Positions 62,500 through 64,000 of a DNA stretch of 64,000 bases are shown here, piece by piece. This DNA comes from Amoebidium appalachense (Eukaryota; Protista; Ichthyosporea). The stretch covers positions 8,483,937 through 8,547,936 of the forward strand of contig CAVNZM010000011.1 of assembly GCA_963693365.1 (NCBI GenBank), written 5' to 3'. The notes below the pieces were generated by a model that saw only the letters and a program-made list of their open reading frames with translations, did not search any database and had not been told where the DNA came from. Position numbers and translations under genes: made by a program. Numbering within the stretch: position 1 is the stretch's first letter; every line of letters begins with the position of its first letter.

Positions 62500-63024
62500 C
62501 CCAAGCCAGTCACCTTAACTAACATATTTCGTCGCCTATTCGAGTCTTGCATATTGCGTGCCTTCCACAAACACGAGACCTTATCGAGTGTCTTCCGGTT
62601 GAGCAACATTCAGGGCGGATTTCGGTGTGCTTATTCGTGCTATACTCATGCTCTTTTATTACACGACACTATTCGTTCTGGATGTCGCGAGGTATGCTTT
62701 ATCGACCTTAAGAATGCCTATGACAGGGTTCCAACGAATTTGCTGTGGCACAAGTTGGCCTCTCGAGGGCTACCTCTTCCCTTTGGTCGGCTACTTCAGG
62801 TGTTATTTGACCGCACCCATGGGGCTGCCGTTGTGAATGGGGTACTGCGTAACGGATTCAATCATACTCGAGGCCTTTTACAGGGCTCACTTTTGAGTCC
62901 CCTTCTCTTTGATGTCTTTATTGACGACTTAGCGGTAGATTTTCAACAATTTCCATATGCCGGCGACTCTTGTGTCTCCGGCCTTTTTTTCGCTGATGAT
63001 ATTGTCGTAGTCACTCACGATCCT
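62500..63024 (+). pseudogene. Non-LTR (LINE) reverse transcriptase fragment, roughly domains 2-5
   Basis: KPVTLTNIFRRLFE, QGGFR, FIDLKNAYDRV, RGLLQGSLLSPLLFDVFIDDL, LFFADDIVV; truncated immediately after FADD. Confidence 0.92.
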
Positions 63025-63676
63025 TCTATGAAAACTACTCCGGGACGTGTGTTGCCTCTAGGGGGACATCCCCTTGGACGAAAGTGAACCTGCAATGGTT
63101 GTAAACCACGGCAGGCCCCCAGTCATCAATTTATTGATCCGTGAGGTCCTTGTGCCCAAAAAACGGGGGAAGTCTTCGCCCCGTGAAAAAACAGCACGTA
63201 TGTGGGGATCAATGGGGGTTGAGTGTAGGGTGTAGGTGGGTGGGTGAAAAAGAAAATATAGCTGTAAAGCTGTACTAGTAGGTGCTAAACACAGAAGATG
63301 TGTTGTTGCTTGCTGATCTGCTAAAAACTGTCGTGCTTATATACCTAAGGCTACCGAACTGAGCCAATCAAAACCGATCTAGTGTTATGTGAAATCTTAT
63401 CCTGAGCCAATCAAACTCGGTCTAGTGATCTGTGGAATCTGATGTTTTGATCGGCTAATAGGTGCCCGTCTGCGGGCAGCCGAACGCGAACTGCTAAAAC
63501 ATGAAACGAAGCCTGTTGATATCGGACACCCATCCTACGTGTTTACCCAGAAAAATATTTATGTCAATAATTTCCACAAATAAAACCTCTATGAAAACTA
63601 CTCCGGGACGTGTGTTGCCTCTAGGGGGACATCCCCTTGGACGAAAGTGAACCTGCAATGGTTGTAAACCACGGCA
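63025..63676. repeat. 89-bp direct repeats (63025-63113, 63588-63676) flanking a promoter-like spacer; probable retroelement terminus
   Basis: tctatgaaaactactccggg...gtaaaccacggca occurs twice. The spacer has a tandem ~43 bp unit with gagccaatcaaa (63360-63440). An ATG ORF starts at 63687. Confidence 0.8.
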
Positions 63677-64000
63677 CGAGAGCAGTATGCTTGCTCCAAA
63701 GGTTTCACTTAAGAATAGAGGCGAATACACGTGTGGTAGTGGCAGCAATGGAGGCCGGACGAAGTCGGGTATAGATCAGGAAACAGTCGGAGGACCACCT
63801 GCCGAGTTGTTTGATCCGGGAGTCGTCGACCCCGGCCTCAGCCAGTGCTGTGGCCCCCCCGATGCGGAGGCTGTGTCCGGCAAACCGGGAGGGTGAGAGG
63901 CCTGCCCGGGAGAGGAGGGCACGGAAGTCGGCAGAGAAAGCACTCTTGGTGTAGGGGATGCCACCGAGACTGAAGAGGGGGTCGTCGGGTTGACCGGACG

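Noticed and set aside
63035-63100. HDV-like ribozyme in the 89-bp repeat
   Set aside because: P1/P2-like pairings exist, but the canonical L3, P1.1 and J4/2 elements are missing.

Overview
Eukaryotic, intron-rich, repeat-saturated genomic DNA. Poly-G/poly-C, (GT)n/(CA)n and (GA)n tracts generate most of the ORF track, which is spurious. The host genes look opisthokont-like; an ichthyosporean or similar protist is only a guess. Manually spliced genes: CK2 alpha (10 exons, -), SVIP (-), a GT14/core-2-branching glycosyltransferase (4 exons, -), CCDC97 (8 exons, -) and one intronless orphan ORF (+). Accessory DNA: (1) an apparently intact, spliced DDE-type transposase (MULE/ISL3-like D..D..DxxH..E) with a complete WRN-like DEDDy 3'-5' exonuclease inserted inside its catalytic core; (2) a ~2.4 kb intronless, GC-rich, repeat-free virus-like island (penton/minor-capsid-like ORF, membrane protein, disrupted membrane-anchored Cys-stalk/B-lectin gene); (3) a decayed phage-type beta-class N4C/N6A DNA methyltransferase fragment behind a spliceosomal acceptor; (4) a conserved, structured non-coding element duplicated in two CK2 introns; (5) LINE RT fragments in opposite orientations. 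Many introns carry complementary G/GT and C/CA tracts and lack U-rich acceptor tracts, suggesting structure-assisted splicing. All family assignments come from motif recognition by eye; no searches were run.
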